Source: Methanomassiliicoccales archaeon (GTDB lineage: Archaea > Thermoplasmatota > Thermoplasmata > RBG-16-68-12 > SOIM01). From it: a stretch of DNA of 64,000 bases. The notes beneath the pieces were generated by a model. The model did not search any database, was not told the origin of the DNA, and was given only the letters and a program-made list of their open reading frames with translations. Shown here piece after piece: positions 46,502 to 56,036 of the stretch (the stretch's first letter is position 1; every line of letters starts with the position of its first letter). The position numbers were made by a program, and so were the translations under genes. Location of the stretch: contig SOIM01000036.1 of the NCBI GenBank assembly GCA_004377185.1, positions 11,890-75,889 on the forward strand, given 5' to 3'.

Positions 46502-47503
46502 TCATTCCGACAAGATTATCAGTTTTTCGGAAGAGAGTGTGCCTTTCTCTGTGATGTAGCCAGTTATGTATTTGGATGGTGTGACATCGAATGCTGGATT
46601 CCTTGCCTCGGCATCTTTGGGTGCGATTCTCTTGCCCCTCACAAACAGAACTTCATCCGGATTCCTCTCCTCGATGGGTATCTGGTCTCCGTCAGATAGA
46701 CTGAAATCAAAGGTGCTCGCGGGTGCAGCCACGTAGAACGGTATTCCATTCTCTTTGGCCACAACCGCCTTCTCATAGGTCCCTATCTTATTAGCTACGT
46801 CCCCGTTGGCGGCTATCCTGTCCGCTCCAACGATGGCGAGGTTCACCTCTCCCTTCCTCATGTAGTAGCCAGCAGCGTTGTCCGCGATTATGGCGTGCGG
46901 AACGCCCTCCTGGAGGAGCTCCCACGAGGTCAGCATTGCACCCTGACATCTCGGCCTAGTTTCATCGACCCAAACGAATACCTCTTTCCCACTTCGGTGT
47001 GCAGCTCTGATTGGTGCCAAAGCGGTTCCGAAATCCACTGTCGCGAGCGCCCCGGCGTTGCAGTGCGTGAGTATCTTATCTCCATCCTTGATGAGCTTGT
47101 CGCCGTTCAGCCCGATCTTCTTGCACCTGCTGGTAATGTCCCTGGCATATTCATCTGCGGCCTTCACTGGGTCCTTTCCTTCTTGGATTGCTCTCTCCAT
47201 GTGGTCCACTGCATGAAAGAGGTCGTGCGCCGTTGGTCTAGTGTCCTTTAGGATGGAGGCAGCCACGTCCATCTTTCTTCCCAGCATTTTGGCTTGGGCC
47301 ATACCGTACGCGGCCGTGGCACCTATTGCAGGCGCACCCCTGACCACCATATCCTCGATCGCGAACGCAACCTCCTCAACACTCTCGGCCGAGAATATCT
47401 TGAACTCATCCGGCAGCAGTCTTTGGTCTATGAGCTTAACCGTTTCCCCTTCCATCCAGACTGTCTTTACTTCCTTCGTCCCCCCCTCCAGAACCACCTT
47501 CAA
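46502..47503 (-). CDS. aIF-2B/MtnA-family isomerase (methylthioribose-1-phosphate isomerase or ribose-1,5-bisphosphate isomerase).
   Basis: Family motifs VRGAPAIGATAAYG and ILTHCNAGALAT; 333 aa. Confidence 0.8.
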   Translation of the reverse strand: MKVVLEGGTKEVKTVWMEGETVKLIDQRLLPDEFKIFSAESVEEVAFAIEDMVVRGAPAIGATAAYGMAQAKMLGRKMDVAASILKDTRPTAHDLFHAVDHMERAIQEGKDPVKAADEYARDITSRCKKIGLNGDKLIKDGDKILTHCNAGALATVDFGTALAPIRAAHRSGKEVFVWVDETRPRCQGAMLTSWELLQEGVPHAIIADNAAGYYMRKGEVNLAIVGADRIAANGDVANKIGTYEKAVVAKENGIPFYVAAPASTFDFSLSDGDQIPIEERNPDEVLFVRGKRIAPKDAEARNPAFDVTPSKYITGYITEKGTLSSEKLIILSE

Positions 47504-47511
47504 GAATTCAC

Positions 47512-47751
47512 CTAACCCTTTCGGAGGGAGCTTAGCATTCCGGAGAGCTTGGGGGGCTCCAGCTCCTTCTTCATGTCACTTTCAAGAGAATCATAGTACG
47601 CAATTTGCGTGTCGACCCTGTCAATTTCAGCCAGTGTGCCTCTTTCCTCCTCCTCGATGATGCTCAGCTCTTCTTCCAGTTTGATCTGCTTGGACTTCCA
47701 CTCCTCGAGTTCTAGCTGGGCAATTCTCAAGGTCTCTTCCAGGTCGATCAC
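47512..47751 (-). CDS. Small coiled-coil protein, or the C-terminal part of a frameshifted ~150-aa coiled-coil gene.
   Basis: Heptad-rich. Starts with GTG embedded in GAGGTG and overlaps the upstream ORF by 4 nt. Both frames stay open across 47740-47815. Confidence 0.3.
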   Translation of the reverse strand: MIDLEETLRIAQLELEEWKSKQIKLEEELSIIEEEERGTLAEIDRVDTQIAYYDSLESDMKKELEPPKLSGMLSSLRKG

Positions 47752-47972
47752 CTCAACGCAGGCGCGCTCGGAGTGTCCATAGGGCTTTTCGAGTCTTTCA
47801 GGGAGGTCACCAATCCGTCATAGCGGGCGACCTGTCTCTTGACCCCTTCAAGCTCCTTGACCACGGACGCCTTCCTTTCTCGTATCATCGCCAGCTTCCT
47901 TTGGAGTCTCTTCTTCCTCTCCATCCACTTGTCCCGCTCCTCTAGAGCCAGCAGTACGTTCTTTACTTCCAT
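47748..47972 (-). CDS. Small coiled-coil protein, or the N-terminal part of the same possibly frameshifted gene.
   Basis: K/R/E-rich helical sequence, 74 aa. Confidence 0.3.
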   Translation of the reverse strand: MEVKNVLLALEERDKWMERKKRLQRKLAMIRERKASVVKELEGVKRQVARYDGLVTSLKDSKSPMDTPSAPALR

Positions 47973-48346
47973 AGGCTCGACTCTTTAAGCTGGTAGCCTC
48001 TATAAATAAGTGTTGCAGTTGGGGGGATTGGCTCTCGCTCTACGAAAGAATGATATACGTTCCTGGCTTTCTTGAAATCGAATGAGAAAGGCTAGCTTGA
48101 GTCTTGCGTTCGTGATCGCGTTTTCGCTATTGTTGCAGATGGCATCTGTCGGTCTGGCAGATGAGAACGAGGATGACGGTAACGAAACCAACCAGACAGG
48201 ACCCGGTGTCCACGAGGCAGATCCTTCTGTATGTCTCTCGACCATCTTCTTGCTTCTTGTTGTCTTGATAGCCATATCGTTGATGATTCTTGCTTTTTCC
48301 AGAGGTGGGGGCAAGTCCTAGGTATTGAGGGACAGGCTCTCGACTA

Positions 48347-48360
48347 TGATTGTTTATATA
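48347..48360 (+). promoter_or_regulatory. BRE/TATA-like element (GATTGTTTATATAT) upstream of tRNA-Val.
   Basis: TTTATATA is centred about 47 nt upstream of the tRNA 5' end. Confidence 0.35.
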
Positions 48361-48402
48361 TCCCCATCACGATTATCAACCGAATTGGAGACCGTAACAA
48401 AT

Positions 48403-48475
48403 TGGGCTCATGGTCTAGCGGTTATGACGTCACTCTCACACAGTGAAGGTCGCCGGTTCGATCCCGGCTGAGCCC
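48403..48475 (+). tRNA. tRNA-Val (anticodon CAC).
   Basis: Hand-folded cloverleaf. Acceptor GGGCTCA/TGAGCCC. Anticodon stem TCACT/AGTGA with loop CTCACAC. T-arm GCCGG-TTCGATC-CCGGC. Discriminator A, no encoded CCA, 73 nt. Confidence 0.85.
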
Positions 48476-48596
48476 ATACTTCTTCCCCCCTTTCGCTTGA
48501 CCACGGAGGATTCTTCGTTCATGAGTGCAGTCCGATTCTCTTCAGTGATAACCGTGAACTAACGTCTAAATAGCTACAAAGGGTCTTTTCGATGGA

Positions 48597-49673
48597 ATGC
48601 CAGTTCGCAGAAAGAGAAAATGGCCCACTGTGCTTCTCATCATTCTTCTCGGAGTGACCTTAGTCCTTCTGCTGATGAGCCGTGGCATCATTCCAAACTA
48701 TCTTCCCTTCGACCTGTATTTGAGCGAATATGCGCCTCTATTTGTGACAGTTCTGATTATCGCAGCGACGAAAATATGGCTAGATCTTGTCGAGCCCCTC
48801 TTCGTTCGTGCCCTTATCTCAAGAACGAAATCAGAGGCTGACGCGGCGGCAGTCTTTCAGATGATCAGCTACATCGCCTGGTTTGTCGCCCTCGGAGCGG
48901 TGATATGGATTGTTGCCGGCGGTCCACAGGGAATTGACTTCCTGAGCCTTGGCCTGGTGAGCGCGGCGTTAATCTACGTCCTCCAAAAGCCGTTGTTGAA
49001 CATCGTGGGCTGGGCAGTTCTGACGTACCGAAGGATATACCATCTCGGTGACAGGATCAAGGTCAATGATGTCAGTGGCTATGTCACAAACATATCAGTA
49101 ATGAACACAACTGTCCGTGAGTTCGGTGGCTGGATGAGCGGCGACAGCTTCACTGGGCGACTCGTTTCGATTCCAAACAGTCTGATATTGGAAACCAACG
49201 TCTTCAATTACACAAAAGACACGAAATTCATCTGGGACGAGGTAATGGTCAGCATCACGTATGAGAGCGATATTGTCGCAGCTCAGAAGCATGTCCTGGA
49301 AGCGACGGAAGAAGTCGTTGGGAAATTCATGCGTAAGTTCGCAAAGACGGTCAGAGCGAAATATGAGTTCAGCGATATCCAGGAGATGATGATTGAGGAG
49401 CCAAGAGTGCTTCTAACCTTGGGCGATTTCTGCGTTCAACTCTTTGCTGTATATTTCTGCCCCGCTCACAGACGGAGAGAGGTCAGATCTAGAGTCACAT
49501 CCACAATCCTAGAAAGAATCGCTGAGGATGATAATGTCCAGATCGCCTATCCTCATGTCGAGATCGTTCCCTATAAGCACAGGCCCTTTGAGAGCCGCAC
49601 TGTTGGTATGCCCGCTGAGGAATTCTCCTCTGTTCAATCACAAAGCAAGGAGAAGGTGAAGGAAGAGGGGTAG
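48597..49673 (+). CDS. Small-conductance mechanosensitive channel (MscS family).
   Basis: Three N-terminal TM helices, then the MscS beta-domain pattern (GDRIKVNDVSGYVTNISVMNTTVRE...SIPNS). Confidence 0.7.
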   Translation: MPVRRKRKWPTVLLIILLGVTLVLLLMSRGIIPNYLPFDLYLSEYAPLFVTVLIIAATKIWLDLVEPLFVRALISRTKSEADAAAVFQMISYIAWFVALGAVIWIVAGGPQGIDFLSLGLVSAALIYVLQKPLLNIVGWAVLTYRRIYHLGDRIKVNDVSGYVTNISVMNTTVREFGGWMSGDSFTGRLVSIPNSLILETNVFNYTKDTKFIWDEVMVSITYESDIVAAQKHVLEATEEVVGKFMRKFAKTVRAKYEFSDIQEMMIEEPRVLLTLGDFCVQLFAVYFCPAHRRREVRSRVTSTILERIAEDDNVQIAYPHVEIVPYKHRPFESRTVGMPAEEFSSVQSQSKEKVKEEG

Positions 49674-49742
49674 CGCTTTTTCAGGACTTGATAAATTCTT
49701 GCCCAGTCGTTAGGAATTGAATCCGGCTGAGCCCGTTCCAAA

Positions 49743-50141
49743 TCAATCCTGTTTCCTAGGTTGGAGAACCTTCCATGTTCTCTTCTTCTTCTGTTTCTCT
49801 TTCGGGCTCTCCATTCCTTTACGTTTGCCCTTCAAATAGGCCCAGTAGATCAATAGAAAGAAAGCCATGGTTGCGAGCAATGAACCCAGAGCACCAGCAA
49901 TTCTAAGAATCTCCATTGTCTTTACGAATTCAGTCAGCCTTTCAGGAGCCGTCTCAACAGGTCCCTTATAGAATTCACTTGCAGTCACCATCATGTATAG
50001 AAAAAAGAAAGAGTACAGGATTATGCCAACGACAAAGAAGATGACCATCAGTCTACCGTACCACCTCTCCTTCCTTCGCAGTGCCTCATAGGAGTCCGGT
50101 TCCATTCTCAAACATCCTACATGTTCACAATATAGATGCAA
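49743..50141 (-). CDS. Small membrane protein of unknown function.
   Basis: Two or three TM segments; 132 aa. Confidence 0.3.
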   Translation of the reverse strand: MHLYCEHVGCLRMEPDSYEALRRKERWYGRLMVIFFVVGIILYSFFFLYMMVTASEFYKGPVETAPERLTEFVKTMEILRIAGALGSLLATMAFFLLIYWAYLKGKRKGMESPKEKQKKKRTWKVLQPRKQD

Positions 50142-50205
50142 ATGGTCCGCAGTTCTTTTAAGACTTTCCCAGGGTCTGAGAACCTCGAATCCTCAATCCT
50201 CTAAG

Positions 50206-51195
50206 CTAGTCTCTCGAACGAGAAGCGACAAGATAGATTCCTACCAGAACGAGAATCCCTCCAACAAGAACCCAGATGGATGGGATTTCTGGAGGGGCCA
50301 ACATGAAGGTAGCAAATATCGTGGCGAGTATGGGCTCAAAAAGGATGCTCATCGATACAACCAGGGTCGTCACGTACTTCAGTGTCCAATTGTACACCGT
50401 ATGCCCGAAGATCGTCGGAACGATTGCCAATGCCAGAAAGAGAATCCACTCCCTACCCTCATCTGGAATCAGCTCAGCACCGAATGAGAAGCAGGCGATG
50501 AATAGGCAGATCGCAGCCGTCCCGTACACTACTGTCACATACGGCAGGACCGAGGTCTTCTGTCTGAGTTTCCTCCCGCTGAGCAGATATGTTGCCAGGG
50601 CGAACATGCCCAATAGAGCGAGGATGTCCCCTAGCAAGAACTCCGGGCTGAGTGCAAGGTCGCTTGAAGCAATGACGATCATCCCAATGAGCGCAATCCC
50701 CACCCCGACACCGGCCACAGGGGTAATCCGTTCTCGGACGTAGTAGTGTGAGATGACCGCCACCAGGATCGGATGTGTACTCACAAGAAGGACGGAGTTA
50801 GCCACCGTTGTGTGTTTCAGAGAGGATATCCAGAACCCGAAGTGGAAGGCAAGGGCAACACCTACCAGAGCCAAAACAACCAATTCCCTCCTCGAGAGTC
50901 CAAAGAGTTCCTGTCTGTTCAATAAGAATGTGGGAATGAGAAGGATCAGTGTTGCGAATCCCATCCTGTACGCAGCTATTGTGAGTGCATCTGACTCACT
51001 CCATTTGATGAAGATGGAAGCAAACGAGATGGAAATAACCGCCACAACGATTGCCAAACGGGGGTCGAACTTGGGCGTCACAGAGAAAGCATATCCTCTT
51101 ATGCGATTTACTTTTCCCCAAGGACGACCTGAGCTCACCGGAATGTGGCAGTTGGCCGAAACATATTTAGCATTCCAGGACCATTTGAATTCCAA
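50206..51195 (-). CDS. EamA/DMT-superfamily transporter.
   Basis: Ten TM arranged as two EamA-like halves. Confidence 0.65.
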   Translation of the reverse strand: MEFKWSWNAKYVSANCHIPVSSGRPWGKVNRIRGYAFSVTPKFDPRLAIVVAVISISFASIFIKWSESDALTIAAYRMGFATLILLIPTFLLNRQELFGLSRRELVVLALVGVALAFHFGFWISSLKHTTVANSVLLVSTHPILVAVISHYYVRERITPVAGVGVGIALIGMIVIASSDLALSPEFLLGDILALLGMFALATYLLSGRKLRQKTSVLPYVTVVYGTAAICLFIACFSFGAELIPDEGREWILFLALAIVPTIFGHTVYNWTLKYVTTLVVSMSILFEPILATIFATFMLAPPEIPSIWVLVGGILVLVGIYLVASRSRD

Positions 51196-51223
51196 CCCTC
51201 GGGGGAAAAGGAGGAGGGGACAG

Positions 51224-52764
51224 TCATGAAGATGAATACCGTTTGTATTTGTGCATGCTTAGTTGCTGCTATCCTGATATTGCCCTCGCTCACGCCTGTG
51301 GACGGGGCGGCAGCTCAGCCAACGCCTATCGGTACTTTGAGAAAGGCATTGAAACAGATTAGGAACGATTTTCCAGGTTTGCTACCTCCCGGCACATGGG
51401 GGGGATGGGATGGTAGTGACGGTGGCTTGACGTCTGGATCGACAGGTGGAACTCCTACGTTGACTTTCGACAACTGCACCATTGCGCTTCCCGCCAACAA
51501 TTCGGGCACACCCGCTCCAACATCTGCAGGTGTGACTGTACCACAACCACCATATCAACCAAATGGTCAGGTGAACATCTCGATAAACGTTTCATATGTG
51601 GATTCGAACTTGCTGAGGATGAAGGTGGTCCTGTTCCATGAACTCGTGCATGTCTCACAGTGGCGAGATACGGACGGAGAATGGGACGACATCGGCGGAG
51701 GCAACTACAGGTGGAATTGGACCAGGGATAGGAACCTCACTGGCCTGAAAGAGATTCAAGCATCCGGGCTTACGCTGAAGTTCATACAAGAACTTCTCTT
51801 GAAGAAGGAGTTCACGACCAAGACACTGAAGGATGAGTTCAAGAGGGAGATGCAGAACCTCCAAAATATGCTGAAGAAGGCTGGCTTTGACAGAAACAAC
51901 ATCTCGAATCAGGACTGGGGCAGGGACCTGCTGAGGAAGTGGTTCCCTCGAGATTTGCTTCTCTTGATCTTGATGAAGAAGGCAATGTTCTACGGCTGGG
52001 CTACCTCCGGGACAATCATGCCAGAAGAACTCGCTCATGTGATGGAGGTCGCAGAGCAGGTGGAAGACTTCGATGCCTATGATGATGATCTGATTTGGGG
52101 CGATGGATATGGGCAGATCTTCGTGGAGGCTCTTCATGAAGCCAGGGAATTGAAAGAGTTACGTGGTCATCTAGTTGTGAATGCTGTTCAATCATTCTAC
52201 AGAGGACAGTTTGGTGCTGCCATGAACCAACTCAACGCGTACATCAATCACATCAATGCCCAGAGAGACAAATTGGGGGACGAGGTCGCGGACAAGGCCT
52301 TGGAACTTGTCAATCACATAATCTCCTACATGCTGGACATGGACGTGTATCCTCCAGAACCGATGATAGTCAATCCTCCGGACGGTGCTGTGGTGACCGG
52401 TTGGGTTTTCGTTGAAGCGGTTGAGATGAGTGGGGCCGATGATGTCATATCCACTGTCTTCGAGTTCTCTCCCGATGCGATTATCTGGATTGAGATCGGC
52501 GAGGACTTAGATGGAACAGATGGATGGTGGGTAGAGTGGGATTCACTCGGAGTGCCAGACGGCCTCTACTTCCTGAGGGCCACTATGACGGACTTCGCTG
52601 GCAACACTGGAATGGATGAGGTGGGAGTGTTTGTCGACAATATCATATTTGGAATGCGCTTCGAAGGACAGCTCCCTATAATGGGAAGACAGGCGGAGAA
52701 TTTAGGCTATCAACTTCTGACGGGAGAGATTGTCTGCATCAATTGCTCTCCGCAGCCATACTAG
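51224..52764 (+). CDS. Secreted protein with a zincin-like HExxH motif (putative metallopeptidase-like).
   Basis: Signal peptide MKMNTVCICACLVAAILILPSLTPVDGAAA, a Gly/Ser/Thr linker, and VVLFHELVHVSQW. The ORF track starts earlier (51145); an internal start is preferred. Confidence 0.45.
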
Positions 52765-52816
52765 TCTGCCAAGGTTCGGGAAACTTTATCCGTTAATCTG
52801 AATTCCTGGGTATTGC

Positions 52817-53392
52817 ATGGACGCCCTGTATTTCTTGCTGCTGGCACTCGGTATCGTTGTAGTCGCCGAGCTCGGAGACAAGACCCAATTAATGACGATA
52901 TCCTTTGCATCCAGATATTCTCGTAGGACAATCTATATTGCAGCAGTTCTCGGAATGGGGATCATCACAGTCATTGGAGTTGCCATAGGTGTTGCGTTGT
53001 ACGCATCCCTCCCCATCTTCTATGTGAAGATCGTTTCCGCGGCAATCTTCATCTTCTTTGGAGTTTGGGTGCTTCTGAAGAAAGAAGAACGGCTTGAGGA
53101 GAAGGAAATACCCGAAAAGAAAGTCTTCATTCAGACGTTCATTCTCTTCATCTTGGCGGAGTTCGGGGACAAGACCCAGTTGGCGGTGATCTCCTTGACC
53201 GCTACCTCAGGTCACCCATGGTCTGTGCTAGTCGGTGCTTTGATCGGTTTCGCGTTGGTGGTTGCAGTTGGAGTACTTATCGGGAAGGAGATCGGAAAGA
53301 GGGTCAAGCTGGAGTGGATTGTCCTTGCTTCCGGAATAATCTTCATTATCATTGGTGTCATTCTGGCGGTTGAGGCATTCCTATCTGGGTGA
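52817..53392 (+). CDS. UPF0016/GDT1-family Ca2+/Mn2+ transporter.
   Basis: Duplicated E-x-G-D-K-T motif (AELGDKTQL and AEFGDKTQL); 191 aa, 6 TM. Confidence 0.75.
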   Translation: MDALYFLLLALGIVVVAELGDKTQLMTISFASRYSRRTIYIAAVLGMGIITVIGVAIGVALYASLPIFYVKIVSAAIFIFFGVWVLLKKEERLEEKEIPEKKVFIQTFILFILAEFGDKTQLAVISLTATSGHPWSVLVGALIGFALVVAVGVLIGKEIGKRVKLEWIVLASGIIFIIIGVILAVEAFLSG

Positions 53393-53393
53393 T

Positions 53394-53873
53394 TCAACCC
53401 ATCTCGCTGAGTTTGATTTCGATTTCCCCGTAGTCTGGTTCTACCGCCGGATCCTCTGATACCCATTTGTATCGAATCGTACCCTCCTTGTCCAGTATGA
53501 ACACAGAACGCTTTGCGGCAGTGTACCCTGTCATCCCGGCAAAGTCATCTAGTGCGATCCCGTATTCCCTCACAGTCTTTCTGTCATAATCGCTCAACAA
53601 TGGGAAGTTCAGCTGGTTCTGCTCGGCAAATGCCTTGTTTGTGAAAGGATCGTTGACGCTTATCCCCACCACCTTCGTATCCAGTTCATTGAACTTTGCC
53701 AGTGAGTCCCGGAGACTGCACATCTCCTGCGTACACACGGACGTGAAGGCCCCAGGATAGAACGCCACGACCAGGTTTCCTTCAAGAAGCTCGCCCAGGC
53801 TTCTCTGGTTTCTGTCCTCATCAAAGAGCGTGAAGCTAGGAGCCTTCTCCCCGACCTCTACATTGGTTCCCAT
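53394..53873 (-). CDS. Peroxiredoxin (AhpC/TSA family, Bcp-type).
   Basis: Active-site FTSVCTQE; 159 aa. Confidence 0.8.
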   Translation of the reverse strand: MGTNVEVGEKAPSFTLFDEDRNQRSLGELLEGNLVVAFYPGAFTSVCTQEMCSLRDSLAKFNELDTKVVGISVNDPFTNKAFAEQNQLNFPLLSDYDRKTVREYGIALDDFAGMTGYTAAKRSVFILDKEGTIRYKWVSEDPAVEPDYGEIEIKLSEMG

Positions 53874-53977
53874 CTTTTCACCTACTGGTTGTTAGGTTGA
53901 TATTATTGATAAGCTTTTCACATTCTTGATTTGAAGACCGTCCAATTGGACCTCACGAATCAAAAGGTTTAAGCGAA

Positions 53978-54757
53978 ATGAATGGATGGTCGAGAAAAGG
54001 AAATGGTATGGATATCATATTGGCCCTAATCATACTGGCCACAATCATCATCAGCCTGATAGCCTTCATTGGGATATTCACCCTGGCCATGAACGAGAAC
54101 CTACTGAGGAAGATACTCATGGCTTTGGTGAGTCTCTCCGCCGGTGCCCTTATGGGAGGTGCGTTCATTCACCTGCTTCCCGAGGCTGTGGAAAAATCCA
54201 ATATGGACCCCGGCATAATCCTCTACGCCCTTTTCGGTTTTGTAATCTTCTTCATCATCGAGAAGGTTCTTTTCTGGCGCCATTGTCACGATGGCAAATG
54301 CGATGTGCACACCTTCAGGTACATGAACCTGATAGGGGACGCGGTGCACAATTTCATTGATGGCCTGATCCTGGCAGTCAGTTTTGTTGCTTCAATCAGT
54401 CTGGGGATAACGACCACGATTGCAATCGCGTTCCATGAGATCCCTCAAGAGATAGGGGACTTCGGAGTCTTGGTGTACGGAGGATTCAAGAAGAAAAAGG
54501 CTCTTATGCTCAATTTTGGCGTTGCACTCACAGCCGTGCTTGGTGGTATCGTAGGATATTTCGTGTCGAGCCAGGTGGAAGGGATGGTTACCTACTTGCT
54601 GCCCTTTGCTGCAGGAGGTTTCATCTACATAGCCGCCACCGACCTTGTCCCCGAAATAAAGAAGGAGGTCGATGTGAAGAAATCGATGGCCACACTTCTC
54701 ATCTTCATTGGAGGCATAGCACTCATGTGGCTAGCCAAAGTTGTTTTCGGTGGTTGA
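53978..54757 (+). CDS. ZIP-family metal transporter (ZupT-like).
   Basis: HNFIDGL and HEIPQEIGDF signature helices; 8 TM. Confidence 0.8.
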   Translation: MNGWSRKGNGMDIILALIILATIIISLIAFIGIFTLAMNENLLRKILMALVSLSAGALMGGAFIHLLPEAVEKSNMDPGIILYALFGFVIFFIIEKVLFWRHCHDGKCDVHTFRYMNLIGDAVHNFIDGLILAVSFVASISLGITTTIAIAFHEIPQEIGDFGVLVYGGFKKKKALMLNFGVALTAVLGGIVGYFVSSQVEGMVTYLLPFAAGGFIYIAATDLVPEIKKEVDVKKSMATLLIFIGGIALMWLAKVVFGG

Positions 54758-54835
54758 GCCTCAGAGAGAAGGACCTAGCGGAATATCAAGAGTTGAACGG
54801 AAGATACCTTCCGCCGTTTCATCCAGGAGCGACTA

Positions 54836-55276
54836 CTATCTTCGCTCCACATTGATGACATTCTTCCATATGGTATGACAAAGGCTTTCCGCACGACCTG
54901 CATCTCCACTTCTCGTCCTCTTCTTCGATCCAGCCCTTTGAATCACCGATTCGATTCTTTTCAAGTTCCCCTTCAGATCCACACCCAGCTCTCTGTATCC
55001 CTCATACAGACTGGAATACTCCTCACATCTGTCCAAATCTTTGCACTCATAACAGAACGATAGACCCTTCCCCCTCAAGCAATTGACAATCTTGCAGTTG
55101 TTGCCCCAGCATTCTGATGTGAGTTCTTGACACCCTTCGCATCTAACGAGTTGCGGGGAACAGTCAAAGGATTCTGTCACTTTTTTCAGGTACTCTCCGC
55201 CATCTCTGTACGCACGGTAGATCCCACAAGCGCCGCAATACAACCCGCACCTTCCCACGAGCGATAGGTCAGTCAT
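54836..55276 (-). CDS. Cys-rich DUF3795-family protein.
   Basis: CGLYCGACGIY N-terminal motif plus further CxxC pairs. Confidence 0.5.
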   Translation of the reverse strand: MTDLSLVGRCGLYCGACGIYRAYRDGGEYLKKVTESFDCSPQLVRCEGCQELTSECWGNNCKIVNCLRGKGLSFCYECKDLDRCEEYSSLYEGYRELGVDLKGNLKRIESVIQRAGSKKRTRSGDAGRAESLCHTIWKNVINVERR

Positions 55277-55362
55277 CGTCTTCCCGCTGTTCTAGTGCTG
55301 ATTTGAATAAAAACATGACGGATTCGGATGGTGTATTCGGAGTCACATCCATATGCTTCCTT

Positions 55363-56010
55363 CTACGCATCCTTTTCGTCCTTGGAATACAGGGCAATCT
55401 CCTCGGTCCCATCTATGAATCTCTCAGTCGCGTCCACAATCTCAATCCTCGTCTCGGGCCTTCCCTCAAACAACCCGCCACCCACATCAGAACCGTGCAT
55501 CTTGATGATCGAGTGCACTGGGATTTCCAAATCGTGAAGGAGGGATCTCATCTCCGTCAATGGCCCCGTCAACCATTTCTCTCCCGATTGTCCGCAAACC
55601 GAGATGACCATGGCTCTTTTCCCTTTTGAGAACCGACCGCCAGCTGGCAGGTTCCTCTTGTAGTCCCAAATCACCTTTGCCTTTCCCGTCCGATCTATGA
55701 ACATCTTCATCTGCGCGGTGACGCCAGAGTAGTATGTAGGTGAAGCGAGGACCAGCCCGTCACTCGATTCCACTTTCTGCCACAACTCCTGCATTTCGTC
55801 CTTCTGCACGCACTCCCCACTGTCCTCGCATGAACCGCAACCTCTGCAAGGAACCAGTTCAAGCCAATCAAGGAGAACGATCTCTGTCGCCATTCCCTTG
55901 CGAGTCAGAATCTCGTTTACCTGTTCCACGATCTTCACCGTGCTGCCGTTGACCCTGGGGCTGCCCACGAGGATGATGACCTTCTTCATCATTCGAAAGA
56001 AATCCTTCAC
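55363..56010 (-). CDS. Iron-sulfur flavoprotein / NADPH-dependent FMN reductase-like protein.
   Basis: Flavodoxin-like ILVGSPRVNGST and compact Cys cluster CRGCGSCEDSGEC. The likely start is the internal MKKVIIL. Confidence 0.65.
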   Translation of the reverse strand: MKDFFRMMKKVIILVGSPRVNGSTVKIVEQVNEILTRKGMATEIVLLDWLELVPCRGCGSCEDSGECVQKDEMQELWQKVESSDGLVLASPTYYSGVTAQMKMFIDRTGKAKVIWDYKRNLPAGGRFSKGKRAMVISVCGQSGEKWLTGPLTEMRSLLHDLEIPVHSIIKMHGSDVGGGLFEGRPETRIEIVDATERFIDGTEEIALYSKDEKDA

Positions 56011-56036
56011 TGTATTAATTGGTTTGCAGGGATGAT

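Noticed and set aside
48403-50200. tRNA-Val as a potential integration site for a mobile element.
   Set aside because: No integrase, no direct repeat of the tRNA 3' end, and the downstream genes (MscS, EamA) are ordinary chromosomal functions.
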